Assembly (NCBI GenBank): GCA_965660445.1
Contig: CBFIAK010000001.1
Coordinates: forward strand, 704,001-768,000
Reading direction: 5' to 3'
Length of the DNA stretch: 64,000 nt
From: Patescibacteria group bacterium
GTDB lineage: Bacteria > Patescibacteriota > Gracilibacteria > UBA4473
A program made the position numbers and the translations under genes. This document shows positions 19,955-30,647 of the stretch, piece after piece. How positions within the stretch are numbered: position 1 is the first letter of the stretch; the number at the start of each line of letters is the position of its first letter. The notes beneath the pieces were generated by a model. That model made no database searches and was not told the origin of the DNA. It saw only the letters and a list, made by a program, of their open reading frames with translations.

Positions 19955-20733
19955 AAAGACGGTGACAAAAACTGACGAATATGATGCACAATATCAGCCG
20001 TATGTGTGTAATGAATACCATGCCGTCCTCCTTCAAAGACAACTAGTTGAGAATGGGAGAGTGACGAATGAAATATATACCCTGAAGAAAGTGGAGTATA
20101 GGTATCTTTCTTCCCCCAAAGCAAAAGCGTCGGATTTGAAATATTTTTTAGTTTTTCTCGCACATCAGGCTCATTTAATACATTTTGAAAAGTTTTCTTC
20201 ATGTTTTCGGAAACATTTGCCCAATCATGAGCTTTTAGTACACGACGTAAAAAGAAAAAATAAAAAGATTTTGGGAGTATTTTTTTAAAAAACCGAAAAC
20301 GGTATCCGAGTGCTCGAATACATCGTTTCCACCACGGAAGGGGAATAACAATGCCAGCGGCACCAGTGAGAATAAGAGGCGTAGAAGATGGAAACTGTGA
20401 CACATAATCAACTAACACACGACATCCAAAACTATGACCATAAAGGAATGGATTCGAGATATGTAATTCTTTTAAAAACTCATGAAACCATTGCGTATAA
20501 TCAGCAATTTTAAATCCATTGTAAGACGGAGTATCAGAAGACCCAAATCCTGGAATATCAGGTACAATAACTCGTGCATTGAGTTCTTGTGAGAGGAGAG
20601 GAGCTAATTTTTCAAAACTTTGACTATTCCCCCCCCAACCATGCAAAAGCACAAATGCAAAATCACCATCGCCATAAACACGATAGGCAGTACGAATTTC
20701 ACCGACATTGAGAAAAAGGAGTGTAGATTCCAT
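19951..20733 (-). CDS. Alpha/beta hydrolase
   Basis: LHGWGG, PDIPGFGSS, GHSFG, WGKKD, catalytic His near C-terminus. Confidence 0.92.
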   Translation of the reverse strand: MESTLLFLNVGEIRTAYRVYGDGDFAFVLLHGWGGNSQSFEKLAPLLSQELNARVIVPDIPGFGSSDTPSYNGFKIADYTQWFHEFLKELHISNPFLYGHSFGCRVLVDYVSQFPSSTPLILTGAAGIVIPLPWWKRCIRALGYRFRFFKKILPKSFYFFFLRRVLKAHDWANVSENMKKTFQNVLNEPDVREKLKNISNPTLLLWGKKDTYTPLSSGYIFHSSLSHSQLVVFEGGRHGIHYTHTADIVHHIRQFLSPSL

Positions 20734-20779
20734 AAACACACTCTATACTAGCAACTGACCAAAAAAGAGGCAAGTGTTC

Positions 20780-21157
20780 TTAAATATCAAGTAACTTCCT
20801 TTTTGCCTCATGTTTTATATCAACTATTTCTTTCTCAAGAAAATGTGTCAGTACGATTCGAATACTAATAATAATAACTAGTGCGCCAAGACTTTTCACA
20901 AGGTCCTGCCAAGGAGTGGTCACTGAGTTTAAGAGAAATGTATCAATAATATCTTTTCCAATAAAAAAATCGAGCCCTAAAATCATATGAGTGTTTAAAA
21001 TAAGTCTTAGTTTTCCAAAATACATTGTGCTATGGCGCAGACAGTAAAGCCATATGGTCTGCAAAACCCCTAAAAGAATAATAACGACTCCAATGGCACC
21101 AATAAGGTACGATAGAAACCCTAAAATATCAGAAAGCAATACTACAAAATCTGTCAT
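20780..21157 (-). CDS. DUF1622-like membrane protein
   Basis: ILGLDFFIGKDIIDT...IRIVLTHFLEKEI. Confidence 0.8.
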   Translation of the reverse strand: MTDFVVLLSDILGFLSYLIGAIGVVIILLGVLQTIWLYCLRHSTMYFGKLRLILNTHMILGLDFFIGKDIIDTFLLNSVTTPWQDLVKSLGALVIIISIRIVLTHFLEKEIVDIKHEAKRKLLDI

Positions 21158-21228
21158 CGTGTTATTATAACACAAAAAAGACATTATTCAAAGTATATAC
21201 TTACAAAAAGAGAACCCAATTTCGTATA

Positions 21229-22596
21229 CTAGAGAAAATACTTTTTTTGTAAGTACGAAACAATGTTTTCTATTTTTACTCGTTCTTGAACCATTGAATC
21301 TCTATCACGAACAGTAACATCTTGATTCTCTTTTGATTCATAATCAATGGTAATGCAAACCGGTGTTCCAATTTCATCTTGTCTGCGATACCGTTTTCCG
21401 ATAGACCCTGAAACATCGAACTCACAGTTTCCAAATATTTCAACTCGCTGAAGAACATCTTGAGCTAATTGTGGAAGTCCATCTTTTTTCATTAAAGGTA
21501 GTACCGCTACCTTTACAGGAGCGATAGCAGGATGAAAAGCGAGAACAATACGTGATTCGTTTTCCTGTAATTCTTCTCGATACCCATCACAAAGAACCGC
21601 TAAAACACTTCTGTCTAGACCAAAACTTGGTTCTATAACATGAGGGAGTATTTTTTCTTTTTGGTCTTCATCAAAAAAACGAAGTTTTTGTTTCGAATAT
21701 TTTTCATGTTGAGCTAAATCAAAATCAGTTCGATACGCAAGACCATACAATTCTTTTTGTCCGAACGGATACTTATATTCAATATCAACTGTTCGTTTTG
21801 AATAGTGTGAGAGTTTTTCTTGTGGGTGTTCATACCAAGTCCAGTTTTCACGTTTTAGTCCTATAGAATCACACCACATTTGCATCATATTTTTCCATTC
21901 TTCAAATGATTTCTCCCAATCATCTTCATGGATAAAATATTCGATTTCCATTTGTTCAAACTCTAAACGACGGAAAATAAAGTTTCCTGGCGTTATTTCG
22001 TTTCGAAACGCTTTTCCGACTTGAGCAATCCCAAACGGCAATTTACAACGTTGCGAATCAATAATGTTTTTAAATTCTACAAATATAGCTTGTGCTGTTT
22101 CGGGACGCAAGTAAGCAATATCACTTTCTGATGTTTTTGCCATCTGTGTTTGAAACATGAGGTTGAATTTTCGAACAGCCGTAAAATCTTTACTTCCACA
22201 AGTCGGACAGACAATAGCATGCATCTGGATAAGTTTTGTAAGTTCTGCATCGTCTAGTCCTTCTGCATCAATCTTTGCCTGATCTTCAAGTATATGATCT
22301 GCACGAAGTCGTGCATGACAGTTTTTACAATCAACAAGCTGATCACTAAAATTTTTCAAATGTCCACTCGCTTCCCAAATACGTGGATGAAGAATAATAT
22401 CACCATCAATACCAAACATATTTTGTTTTTTGTGAACAAACAGTTTCCACCATAAATCTTTTATATTTTTCTTGAGTTCCACCCCATATGGACCGTATGT
22501 ATAAGAATTCGCGAACCCTCCATAGATATCAGACCCAGGGTAGGCAAACCCTCTCCGTTTAGAGAGTGAAACAATATCTTTCATACGATCAGTCAT
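21229..22596 (-). CDS. glyS: Glycine--tRNA ligase (alpha2, archaeal/eukaryal type)
   Basis: KRRGF, YLRPETAQ, FRNEITPGNFIFR, VIEPSFG, RYRRQDEIGTP. Confidence 0.97.
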   Translation of the reverse strand: MTDRMKDIVSLSKRRGFAYPGSDIYGGFANSYTYGPYGVELKKNIKDLWWKLFVHKKQNMFGIDGDIILHPRIWEASGHLKNFSDQLVDCKNCHARLRADHILEDQAKIDAEGLDDAELTKLIQMHAIVCPTCGSKDFTAVRKFNLMFQTQMAKTSESDIAYLRPETAQAIFVEFKNIIDSQRCKLPFGIAQVGKAFRNEITPGNFIFRRLEFEQMEIEYFIHEDDWEKSFEEWKNMMQMWCDSIGLKRENWTWYEHPQEKLSHYSKRTVDIEYKYPFGQKELYGLAYRTDFDLAQHEKYSKQKLRFFDEDQKEKILPHVIEPSFGLDRSVLAVLCDGYREELQENESRIVLAFHPAIAPVKVAVLPLMKKDGLPQLAQDVLQRVEIFGNCEFDVSGSIGKRYRRQDEIGTPVCITIDYESKENQDVTVRDRDSMVQERVKIENIVSYLQKKYFL

Positions 22597-22684
22597 ACGG
22601 CTATTTTAAAAAACAAAAAAAAATAAGCAAGAAGAAGAAAAAAACTTGCATTCTCTCATAAAAAAAATAGAATCGCTTCGGTAT

Positions 22685-22724
22685 TGTAGAAAGTCAATCT
22701 GATTTAAGAGCGACGGGAACTACA
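22685..22724 (+). promoter_or_regulatory. Putative rpsB leader hairpin
   Basis: tgtag/ctaca, gtc/gac and tct/aga nested stems after TTGCAT-16-TAGAAT promoter. Confidence 0.4.
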
Positions 22725-22758
22725 CACTCCACAGTATATTTTAATCTTATTCCCACAC

Positions 22759-23433
22759 ATGGTAACTGTTCAAGAATTATTCGAACACAATGTCCATATC
22801 GGACACAAAACCGATAAATGGAACCCAAAGATGAAGCGATTCATCGCTACTCAGAAAAATAAAATTCATATTATTGATCTGGAAAAAACAAAAGATGCTC
22901 TCGAGAGCGCAGTTAATTTTTTAAAAACCGTTAAAGAAAAAAACGGGAAAGTTTTGTTTGTAGGAACAAAACCACAAACATCACTCGCTCTTCATCGTAT
23001 GATAGAGGCACAAGAAAAAAAACTCTTTTATATTGATACAAAATGGGCACCTGGACTTCTTACAAATTTTGATGAACTTCGGAAACGAGCTGATCATTAT
23101 TTGAACTTAAAAGCTCAATTTGAGTCAGGAGAAATAAAGAAATACACAAAAAAAGAAGTGGCTTCCTTTAAAAAGGAACTCGAAAAACTTGATGCAGCGT
23201 ATCATGGAGTTGCTGAAATGCGAAAAAAACCAGATGTGGTTATTGCACTTGATGCGGTGAACAACCGACTTGCTATTCAAGAAGCAAAAGGAGCAAAGAT
23301 ACCCGTGGTAGCACTTGTTGATACAAATGCAAATCCTGATAATATTGATTATGTTATTCCTGGAAATGATGATGCTATTAAATCAATCGAATATATTGTT
23401 GGAAAAATGATTGAAGCATTGAGTAATAAATAA
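22759..23433 (+). CDS. rpsB: 30S ribosomal protein S2
   Basis: HIGH...WNPKM, VGTK, GLLTNF, DTNANPD, PGNDDA. Confidence 0.97.
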   Translation: MVTVQELFEHNVHIGHKTDKWNPKMKRFIATQKNKIHIIDLEKTKDALESAVNFLKTVKEKNGKVLFVGTKPQTSLALHRMIEAQEKKLFYIDTKWAPGLLTNFDELRKRADHYLNLKAQFESGEIKKYTKKEVASFKKELEKLDAAYHGVAEMRKKPDVVIALDAVNNRLAIQEAKGAKIPVVALVDTNANPDNIDYVIPGNDDAIKSIEYIVGKMIEALSNK

Positions 23434-23444
23434 AAAAAATACAT

Positions 23445-23903
23445 ATGAGTGAGGATCAAAATCAAACAGGGCGATTTAAAAACACCGTTTCTGAAAGTCA
23501 AGTTTCAGAAACGGTTTCTGATAATTCATCTGAAAATAAAGAATCACTCACATCAAAAAGTGTATCAGAAGAAACAAAGAAACTTGAGAAAAATCAAGAA
23601 GATCTTGTATTAACCGCAAAAGAAAAAAACTTATCGGCGCTTGGGTATATTAGTTTTCTTTGTGTTCTTCCATTATGTATGGAACCCAATTCATCGTTTT
23701 GTAAGTTTCACGGAAAACAAGGAATGATTATTACGATTGTTTTCTTTATTCTGGGATGGATTGGTTGGTTTTCCCCATTCTTAAGGTTTTTACTTTTCTT
23801 ACTTCATGTAGGACTTATGGTGTGGGGTATTATGAATGCTATTCAAGGAAAAATAATCAGAATTCCTTTTGCAGCAGACGTTGCTGACAAACTAGAAATA
23901 TAA
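23445..23903 (+). CDS. DUF4870-like membrane protein
   Basis: SALGYI...FCKFHGKQG...GIMNAIQG...IPF. Confidence 0.75.
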   Translation: MSEDQNQTGRFKNTVSESQVSETVSDNSSENKESLTSKSVSEETKKLEKNQEDLVLTAKEKNLSALGYISFLCVLPLCMEPNSSFCKFHGKQGMIITIVFFILGWIGWFSPFLRFLLFLLHVGLMVWGIMNAIQGKIIRIPFAADVADKLEI

Positions 23904-23975
23904 TTTTTATTTGATTTCTCTGAAAGAGTCTGTACACTTCGACTGATTTTTTTATTTTTTTAATTTATTTTTATC

Positions 23976-24734
23976 ATGACAGTAACCGCAAAAGACGCAA
24001 TGGAACTGCGAAAACAAACGGGAGTAGGTCTTATGACTTGCCGAAAAGCATTAGAAGAAGCAAATGGAGACAAAGAAAAAGCAATTGATATTCTTCGAAA
24101 AAAAGGAGAAGCAAAAGCCGCATCAAAAGCTGAACGAGACATGAGCGAAGGGCAAGTTGGACTCCATGAAACAGGCATGGTATTGCTTTTGTGTGAAACT
24201 GATTTTGTTGCTCAAAACGATAAGTTTCAACTCCTCGTACAAACATTAGCTGAAAAAGCACATACAGAAGGAGAATCAGCAACAAAAGAATATTTTGAGT
24301 CTATAAAAGGAGAAAAAATTCAAGAAATTGGTGAGAACATGGCTTTAGAATCAGTTATTAAACTTGAAGGAGAAACACTTGGAACATATCGTCATACAAA
24401 TGGAAAAATTGGGTGTATAGTCGTGCTTGAAGGCGGAAATGAAGACCAAGCTCGAGATATTGCTATGCATGCAGCAGCGATGAACCCAATGGTTGCAAAC
24501 CCTGAAGATGTACCAGCTGATATTATTGAAAAAGAAAAAGACGTATATCGAGAACAATTAAAAAATGAAGGAAAACCAGAAAATATTATTGAAAATATTA
24601 TTGCTGGAAAGGTAAATAAATTTTGTGCTGAACGAGCATTGGCATCTCAACCATTTGTAAAAGATCCATCAATGACGGTTGCTCAATATATTGCTCCAGC
24701 AAAAATCAAAACATTTGCACGAGTAGCGGTATAA
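23976..24734 (+). CDS. tsf: Elongation factor Ts
   Basis: LRKQTGVGLMTCRKAL, CETDFVA, AMHAAA.NP. Confidence 0.97.
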   Translation: MTVTAKDAMELRKQTGVGLMTCRKALEEANGDKEKAIDILRKKGEAKAASKAERDMSEGQVGLHETGMVLLLCETDFVAQNDKFQLLVQTLAEKAHTEGESATKEYFESIKGEKIQEIGENMALESVIKLEGETLGTYRHTNGKIGCIVVLEGGNEDQARDIAMHAAAMNPMVANPEDVPADIIEKEKDVYREQLKNEGKPENIIENIIAGKVNKFCAERALASQPFVKDPSMTVAQYIAPAKIKTFARVAV

Positions 24735-24757
24735 AAAAATTAAAAAATTCTATCTTC

Positions 24758-24794
24758 AAAAAAATATTTGTCGTTCAGCGACAAATATTTTTTT
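24758..24794. terminator. Bidirectional intrinsic terminator
   Basis: aaaaaaatatttgtcg-ttcag-cgacaaatattttttt. Confidence 0.8.
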
Positions 24795-24842
24795 AAAGCC
24801 TTATTGAAAAACAAAAAATAAAGCATATAATAGGAAAGAATT

Positions 24843-26009
24843 ATGAAAACTCCTTTTGTTTATCTTGATCACGCATCTGGAACTATTCCCTATAGCTCAT
24901 TAGAGAATGAATGGCAAACCCACTACAAAGACAGTAGTTGGGCAAACCCAAGTGCTCTACACACCTATGGACGAAAATCACGCTCAATTATTGATCGGTG
25001 TCGATACGAATTATCGCAGTATACTGATGCATCACCCGAACATATATTTTTCACCTCTGGAGGCACAGAAGGACTCTATACTGTTATTATTGGTGGTTTT
25101 TTATGGCATAAAACAAACTTTCCACACAGAAAGACAATATTTGTTTCTCCAACAGCACATCAAAGCGTACTAAATGCTGTTGATTTTGCATGTCGATATC
25201 ATGGAGCAAAAAAACAATATATGCCAATCAGAGAAGATGGAAGCGTTCATATACATACCATTCCAGAAAAAACTGATACTCAGTTTTGGGACTCTATAGC
25301 ACTCGTAATACTTGAAGAAGCAAATTCTGAAATTGGTTTTCTTCAACCTATTGATTTCTTTTGTAAACAGATGGAGTCCGGGGAGAGTGGGGGAGCCTCA
25401 CTTATCATTGACAGTGCTTGTAGTGCTGTTACAAACTCCATTCCTTATAAAAGGGGAGTAACAAGCGTTGTCTGTAGTAGTGAAAAAATAGGTGGGGGAA
25501 ATGGGTGCGGTATTGTATGGCAAGACCCTCAAAAAATAATACCTCCAATGGGCGGAAGTCAGGAATGGGGGATGAGGGGAGGAACTCAAAATAGTCGTTC
25601 TATTTTTTTAACAACTCAAGCTTTTTTACACACACAATCAGTAAAAGATGAAAGAAAAGAACACTATAAAAAATTGTACCAAAAATTACATTCCTATTTA
25701 GACTCTCGTTCTATTTCTATTCTTACACCTCAAGACAATATTGGACATATACTTACCTTTATGGCTCCCGGAAAATGGAAAGGGGAAGATATGGTTATTT
25801 TCTTTGATAAAAATGGTATCTGTATTTCCTCGGGTCCGGCGTGTTCGAGTGGAAGCACAAAACCTTCTCATGCATTACTACATATGGGAAAAAACGAAAC
25901 AGACGCTCGAAAAGGTGTCCGTATATCATGGGGATACACAACAACAGAAGCAGATATTGATTATTTTATTGATTGTTTTGAAAAGAATATCAAGAGTTTT
26001 GGGAGATGA
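24843..26009 (+). CDS. Cysteine desulfurase (IscS/NifS class V aminotransferase), divergent
   Basis: YLDHAS, ANPS, FTSGGTE, SSEK (PLP Lys), RGGTQN, SSGPACSS. Confidence 0.85.
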   Translation: MKTPFVYLDHASGTIPYSSLENEWQTHYKDSSWANPSALHTYGRKSRSIIDRCRYELSQYTDASPEHIFFTSGGTEGLYTVIIGGFLWHKTNFPHRKTIFVSPTAHQSVLNAVDFACRYHGAKKQYMPIREDGSVHIHTIPEKTDTQFWDSIALVILEEANSEIGFLQPIDFFCKQMESGESGGASLIIDSACSAVTNSIPYKRGVTSVVCSSEKIGGGNGCGIVWQDPQKIIPPMGGSQEWGMRGGTQNSRSIFLTTQAFLHTQSVKDERKEHYKKLYQKLHSYLDSRSISILTPQDNIGHILTFMAPGKWKGEDMVIFFDKNGICISSGPACSSGSTKPSHALLHMGKNETDARKGVRISWGYTTTEADIDYFIDCFEKNIKSFGR

Positions 26010-26047
26010 GAAATAGAAAATATGTTCTCATCTCCATAAAAAAGAGA

Positions 26048-26320
26048 CTATGGAATAAAGAATAGTATTCCTTTACTATTATCATCCATAATACGCTTTT
26101 GAAACGTATCATATTGTATGACAATACGAGTATCAATAAGCATCAATTTCGCTTCTATCCCATTATAAAGGACTCTCATAGGTTTTTCTTTTAAATTTTC
26201 CTTGAGTTGCTCTTGGCTTATTTTTATGGCTCGTTCTTTATTATCCTCTTTAATCCCTAAAATACGAATCTCTTGATTCCTTTTAGGGGCAAAAAAAATC
26301 AACGATCGTTCTTGATTCAT
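26048..26320 (-). CDS. Hypothetical protein (orphan, SD-led)
   Basis: TAAGGAG at 26326-26332, TATAAT at 26403-26408, hairpin at convergent end 26002-26035. Confidence 0.7.
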   Translation of the reverse strand: MNQERSLIFFAPKRNQEIRILGIKEDNKERAIKISQEQLKENLKEKPMRVLYNGIEAKLMLIDTRIVIQYDTFQKRIMDDNSKGILFFIP

Positions 26321-26438
26321 AGAAGCTCCTTATGTTATGTAGTTTTTGAGAAAACAGTTTTCTATTTCTCCCAAAACCCTCGATATACTGAAAAAGAACA
26401 AAATTATATAGAATACATCATAAATTCCGAAAATACAT

Positions 26439-27032
26439 TTATGGTCTTTTGGTAATTACTTTATCAATAATCCCATACTTTCCATACGATTGTGCTCGCT
26501 CGGCACTCATAAAAAAGTCTCGATCACAATCTTTTTCGACTTGAGCAATATCTTGTCCAGTCGTTTTACAGATCATATTATGGAGAAGTGTTTTTGTTTC
26601 TATAATATGATTTGCATGAATAGCAATATCTGATGCCTGACCTTCCATACCACCCAATGGTTGATGAATCATAACCTCTGAATGCGGAAGTGAAAACCGT
26701 TTTCCACGTTCTCCATGCATTAGAATCATAGCTCCCATAGAAGCAGCAATTCCCACACAAACGGTTGATACATTTGGTTTTACAAAATTCATAGTATCGA
26801 TAATAGCAAGTCCTGCAGAAACAGACCCTCCTGGAGAATTTATATAAATAGTAATATCTTTATCTGGGTTTTCTGATTCTAAAAAAAGTAATTGAGCAAT
26901 AATAAGATTCGCTACATTCGCATCAATAGCTGTTCCTAAAAAGATAATATTTTCTTTCAGAAGACGAGAATAGATATCAAACGCTCGCTCTCCTTCATGA
27001 GTTTTTTCGACAACAGTTGGGATAATGGTCAT
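26439..27032 (-). CDS. clpP: ATP-dependent Clp protease proteolytic subunit
   Basis: [29 protein letters not shown]. Confidence 0.97.
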   Translation of the reverse strand: MTIIPTVVEKTHEGERAFDIYSRLLKENIIFLGTAIDANVANLIIAQLLFLESENPDKDITIYINSPGGSVSAGLAIIDTMNFVKPNVSTVCVGIAASMGAMILMHGERGKRFSLPHSEVMIHQPLGGMEGQASDIAIHANHIIETKTLLHNMICKTTGQDIAQVEKDCDRDFFMSAERAQSYGKYGIIDKVITKRP

Positions 27033-27075
27033 AATCAAAAGAATAAAGAATCCATACAAGTATACCACACAATAT

Positions 27076-28239
27076 TTATTTTTTCGAATTCATTTTACGA
27101 GTCGAATAAAACTGAATCAATAAGAATAACGCTAAGATAACAACGAGAATTATTGTATAAGAAATAGGGGAGACTTTGGTCTCTTGTTCTGTAAATGAGC
27201 CGTCACATACATCTCCAATATTATCATTATCTAAATCTTCTTGTTGTGTATTGGCATCAAAAACACAATTATCGGTAATATCACCTACACCGTCAAAATC
27301 AACGTCACTTTGTGATATATTTTTTGCCTGCACTGCATTATCACATACATCACCCACACCATCTTCATCAGTATCTGTTTGGCGAGGATTGGAATGTTCA
27401 AAACAATTATCCCTTTCATTTGCGATACCATCTTGATCTGCATCTTCTGGGTAACGAGAATTCCATTTTTCTTTTGAAAGTCTAAACGCAGAAGCGCTAG
27501 GAATATTACTTCCTTGTACAAAAGAATTATAAGTGATTCTTTGATTATCCTTCCCCCCATAAGCTAATTGATATTGCATATTTGGCTGTGCTTCAAAATA
27601 AGCCGATATATTCAAAAATGAATAGACTCGAATATCATCGACAACTAATGAATTTCCCCACAGATAAACTTGCAAATACTGAACAGGGAAAGCCGATTGA
27701 AGATCATATTGATATTCATAGGATCTTTTTGAAACAATGGTTTTCATACTCTCTGGTGTTTGACCTCCTCGAATCAGTACTTCGTTTATAAAAGGTCCAC
27801 TGGCATCAAAAATCTCTATTCGACTTAAGAATTGTGGAGCACCTAAATCAAGAATAACAGAAGCAGGGTCATCTTTTGAACCGTCTTGGGGATCAAATCC
27901 AAAACTGGTCAGTGGATCATTATCAATAAGAATGCTAGCATCTGGTGTTTCTTCTCGAGCACTAGAGACTTCAAAAACTTTTAAATCACGAATACGAGTT
28001 GGTTTTTCGAAAAAAATATCATATAAAACTCCGTTATTATTTTGATCAAAAATATGAAAGTTTCGAACTTCTTTATTAACCTTACTCAGAACTTCTTTAT
28101 CAAATGTTATAGAGACCGTTTCTCCATTCCCCTCACCAAGAATATCTTTCACAAAAGGATATTGTGATATACCACGCGCAGAGACAAGTGTTGGTACAAG
28201 TAGTAAGGAAAGGAAGAAAGAAAGAATAATGTTTTTCAT
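27076..28239 (-). CDS. Secreted, C-terminally anchored protein with thrombospondin type-3 Ca-binding repeats
   Basis: Signal peptide; D.D.DG.GD.CDNC repeats; C-terminal TM. Confidence 0.85.
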   Translation of the reverse strand: MKNIILSFFLSLLLVPTLVSARGISQYPFVKDILGEGNGETVSITFDKEVLSKVNKEVRNFHIFDQNNNGVLYDIFFEKPTRIRDLKVFEVSSAREETPDASILIDNDPLTSFGFDPQDGSKDDPASVILDLGAPQFLSRIEIFDASGPFINEVLIRGGQTPESMKTIVSKRSYEYQYDLQSAFPVQYLQVYLWGNSLVVDDIRVYSFLNISAYFEAQPNMQYQLAYGGKDNQRITYNSFVQGSNIPSASAFRLSKEKWNSRYPEDADQDGIANERDNCFEHSNPRQTDTDEDGVGDVCDNAVQAKNISQSDVDFDGVGDITDNCVFDANTQQEDLDNDNIGDVCDGSFTEQETKVSPISYTIILVVILALFLLIQFYSTRKMNSKK

Positions 28240-28268
28240 ACGTTCAGTAAAAAATTAAAAATAAAAAT

Positions 28269-28910
28269 TTAGGCTCTTTTGGCTTTTTCTTGGCGTTCAA
28301 TCATTTCTTTGATAGCCATAACTTGAACAATCGTTGATCGTTCTGCTTCTCCTAATTTCATAGAAATAAATTTAAGTGTATCTTTTAAATCAGGAATAAG
28401 ACGGTGTTCAAGAGCGTTTACTCGTCGTCTGGTTTTTTCGATTTCAAAAGCGAGGTTTTCGGCTGATTTCTCAATTTCAGCAAGAGTAAGAAGAATCTGA
28501 AATGCTTTTGAGAAACCTTTAATAGCAACATCAAGCTCTGATCGAGTTGAATACAAATCATAATCGAGTGCATTTCCAGAAGCATTTAATGAAAAATGAG
28601 GAATACGAGTAGACATAATATTTTTTGTTTCTACGCTTAACTCAAGCTTTTGAGCAGAATAAGAAAGAGTATTTTCAAGAACAGCTTTGTCAATATGAGA
28701 TTGAGCAAATAAAAACGCCATATTTACTTTTTTGAGTTCCGATTCAAATTCAGACCGTACTTCTTTCGCTTTTTTAATAATTTTAAGAAATTCTTGCATA
28801 AGTCCATCTTGCTTATCCTTTAAGAGTTTATGTCCTCGTTGAGCAACCTTAATTTGGTTTTTCAAAGAGAGGAGTGTCATACGAGTTGCGGTCACATTTT
28901 TTACAGCCAT
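28269..28910 (-). CDS. V/A-type ATP synthase subunit D
   Basis: TRMTLL...RGHKLLKDKQD, EIEKTRRRVNALE; start MAVKNV. Confidence 0.93.
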   Translation of the reverse strand: MAVKNVTATRMTLLSLKNQIKVAQRGHKLLKDKQDGLMQEFLKIIKKAKEVRSEFESELKKVNMAFLFAQSHIDKAVLENTLSYSAQKLELSVETKNIMSTRIPHFSLNASGNALDYDLYSTRSELDVAIKGFSKAFQILLTLAEIEKSAENLAFEIEKTRRRVNALEHRLIPDLKDTLKFISMKLGEAERSTIVQVMAIKEMIERQEKAKRA

Positions 28911-29225
28911 AACAGAGAAAGAAAAAAAAGAAATTATTTCATGCGCAATAGTAGTTTCCTTATCAAAAAAGTCAAATAAACAAAGCACAAGGAAAACCAT
29001 TGTGAGAAAGATAAAAACGAGAATAAAAGACCTTTTCTTATTTAAGTTAAACCAAGATATATTGTGTTAACTAAAATAGATATTCCCCCTCTTCAATAGG
29101 TTTATAGAAAAAAAGAATGAAAGAATGAAATATATTTTAAAAAAATAAAAAAAAAGCGATGATAAAAAAAATCCTTTTTGATATTTGTTTTACACAATAA
29201 AATAAATATTGTATAATATAATTAT

Positions 29226-30554
29226 ATGGAAAAATCATTTCTCAATAGATTAAAAGAAAAACTCCCTTTCACACAGAGAGATCCCATCGTGGTTTCTTTG
29301 AGAGATGAGTCCGTAAAAATAGATGATGACAAGTTCCGCATACATACCAACAAAAAGACACAAGAACCCCAAAATATCAGCGACGCTGAAAAAGAAGCAC
29401 ACAAATTATCTCTTCGGTTTGATGATCGATTATTTGCAAAAAGAGAAAAAGCAGAAGGGATCACCATAGATTCCCCTTCTTCAAAAGATCTTGATGATGC
29501 AATTTATGTGGAGGACAATGGTGATAAATGGCTTATGCATGTCAGTATTGCTGATGTAGAAGCACTCGTAAAACCAGAGTCTTATATTGACAATGATGCT
29601 TTTGAAAAGGTATACACCCGATACAAAAGACATGGCAATGATCCCATGATTCCTCATATTCTTTCGGAAAACAAGCTGAGTTTGTTAGAGAACGAAAAAA
29701 GACCAACTATTACATTTGTTATTCCTGTTGATAAAAAAAGCGGGGCTATTTCTGATCCACGTATTCACAAAACATATGTAGAAAGTCAAAAAAGGTTTTC
29801 TTATGACGAAGTAGATAACCTTTTAAGAGACGAAAACACTACACATCCACTCAAACAACAATTACAGACACTCCAGAACGTCACACACAAAAGAATGCAA
29901 TCCAAAAAAGGAACTGGTTCACATGCATCAGGAAGCTCATCCCATAATATCGTTCAAGAAGCAATGCTTTTAGCGAATGAATCGGTTGCGCGGTATTGTG
30001 CGAAACATAATATTCCTATTCTTTTTCGGAACCAAACAAATGGCGATACAATAAACGCTTCACAAAAAATATCATGGGCAAAAAAGATGCTCTATAAAAC
30101 AATACAGGCATGTATACAAATATGTGAAAAACTTCATATTCCCCTCTTCTCTGAGTCATATGCACAACGAATACGAAAAATGTCACAGACTGAGTTTCAT
30201 AAAGAAGTACTCCACGCTGGAAAAAATCCAACAGATACGAATTCAACCGTTCAAAAATCAGTCCACACCATAATTGTTCCCCCAGCACAGTATAGCACTG
30301 AAGCAGAAGGTCATATGGGGCTTGATATGCCAGCTTACACACATGTTACATCCCCTATCAGACGATATGCAGATCTTGTAAATCACAGAATTCTATCAGC
30401 TATTGCTGAAAACTCAAATAATCCAAAAGCTGTACAAAAGAATGTTCCCTACTCTGAAGAAGAATTATCGGTAATAGCAGATCATATAAACAAAACCACA
30501 CAAAGAGATAAAGAAGAGCAAAAACAGCGAAAAATACAGAAAAAAGCAGCCTAG
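29226..30554 (+). CDS. RNB-domain exoribonuclease (RNase II/R-like, minimal)
   Basis: TIDSPSSKDLDDA, EAMLLANE, YTHVTSPIRRYADLVNHR. Confidence 0.9.
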   Translation: MEKSFLNRLKEKLPFTQRDPIVVSLRDESVKIDDDKFRIHTNKKTQEPQNISDAEKEAHKLSLRFDDRLFAKREKAEGITIDSPSSKDLDDAIYVEDNGDKWLMHVSIADVEALVKPESYIDNDAFEKVYTRYKRHGNDPMIPHILSENKLSLLENEKRPTITFVIPVDKKSGAISDPRIHKTYVESQKRFSYDEVDNLLRDENTTHPLKQQLQTLQNVTHKRMQSKKGTGSHASGSSSHNIVQEAMLLANESVARYCAKHNIPILFRNQTNGDTINASQKISWAKKMLYKTIQACIQICEKLHIPLFSESYAQRIRKMSQTEFHKEVLHAGKNPTDTNSTVQKSVHTIIVPPAQYSTEAEGHMGLDMPAYTHVTSPIRRYADLVNHRILSAIAENSNNPKAVQKNVPYSEEELSVIADHINKTTQRDKEEQKQRKIQKKAA

Positions 30555-30647
30555 ACTCCCCTTTTGCATAAATCCCCTCTTTTCACAAGAAAAACCTTGA
30601 AAAAAAGGCTTTTTTAAGGTATAATGATATGATTTATTGTTTTAAAC

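Noticed and set aside
27200-27450. DNA-level repeat array
   Set aside because: Explained by protein-level thrombospondin type-3 repeats.
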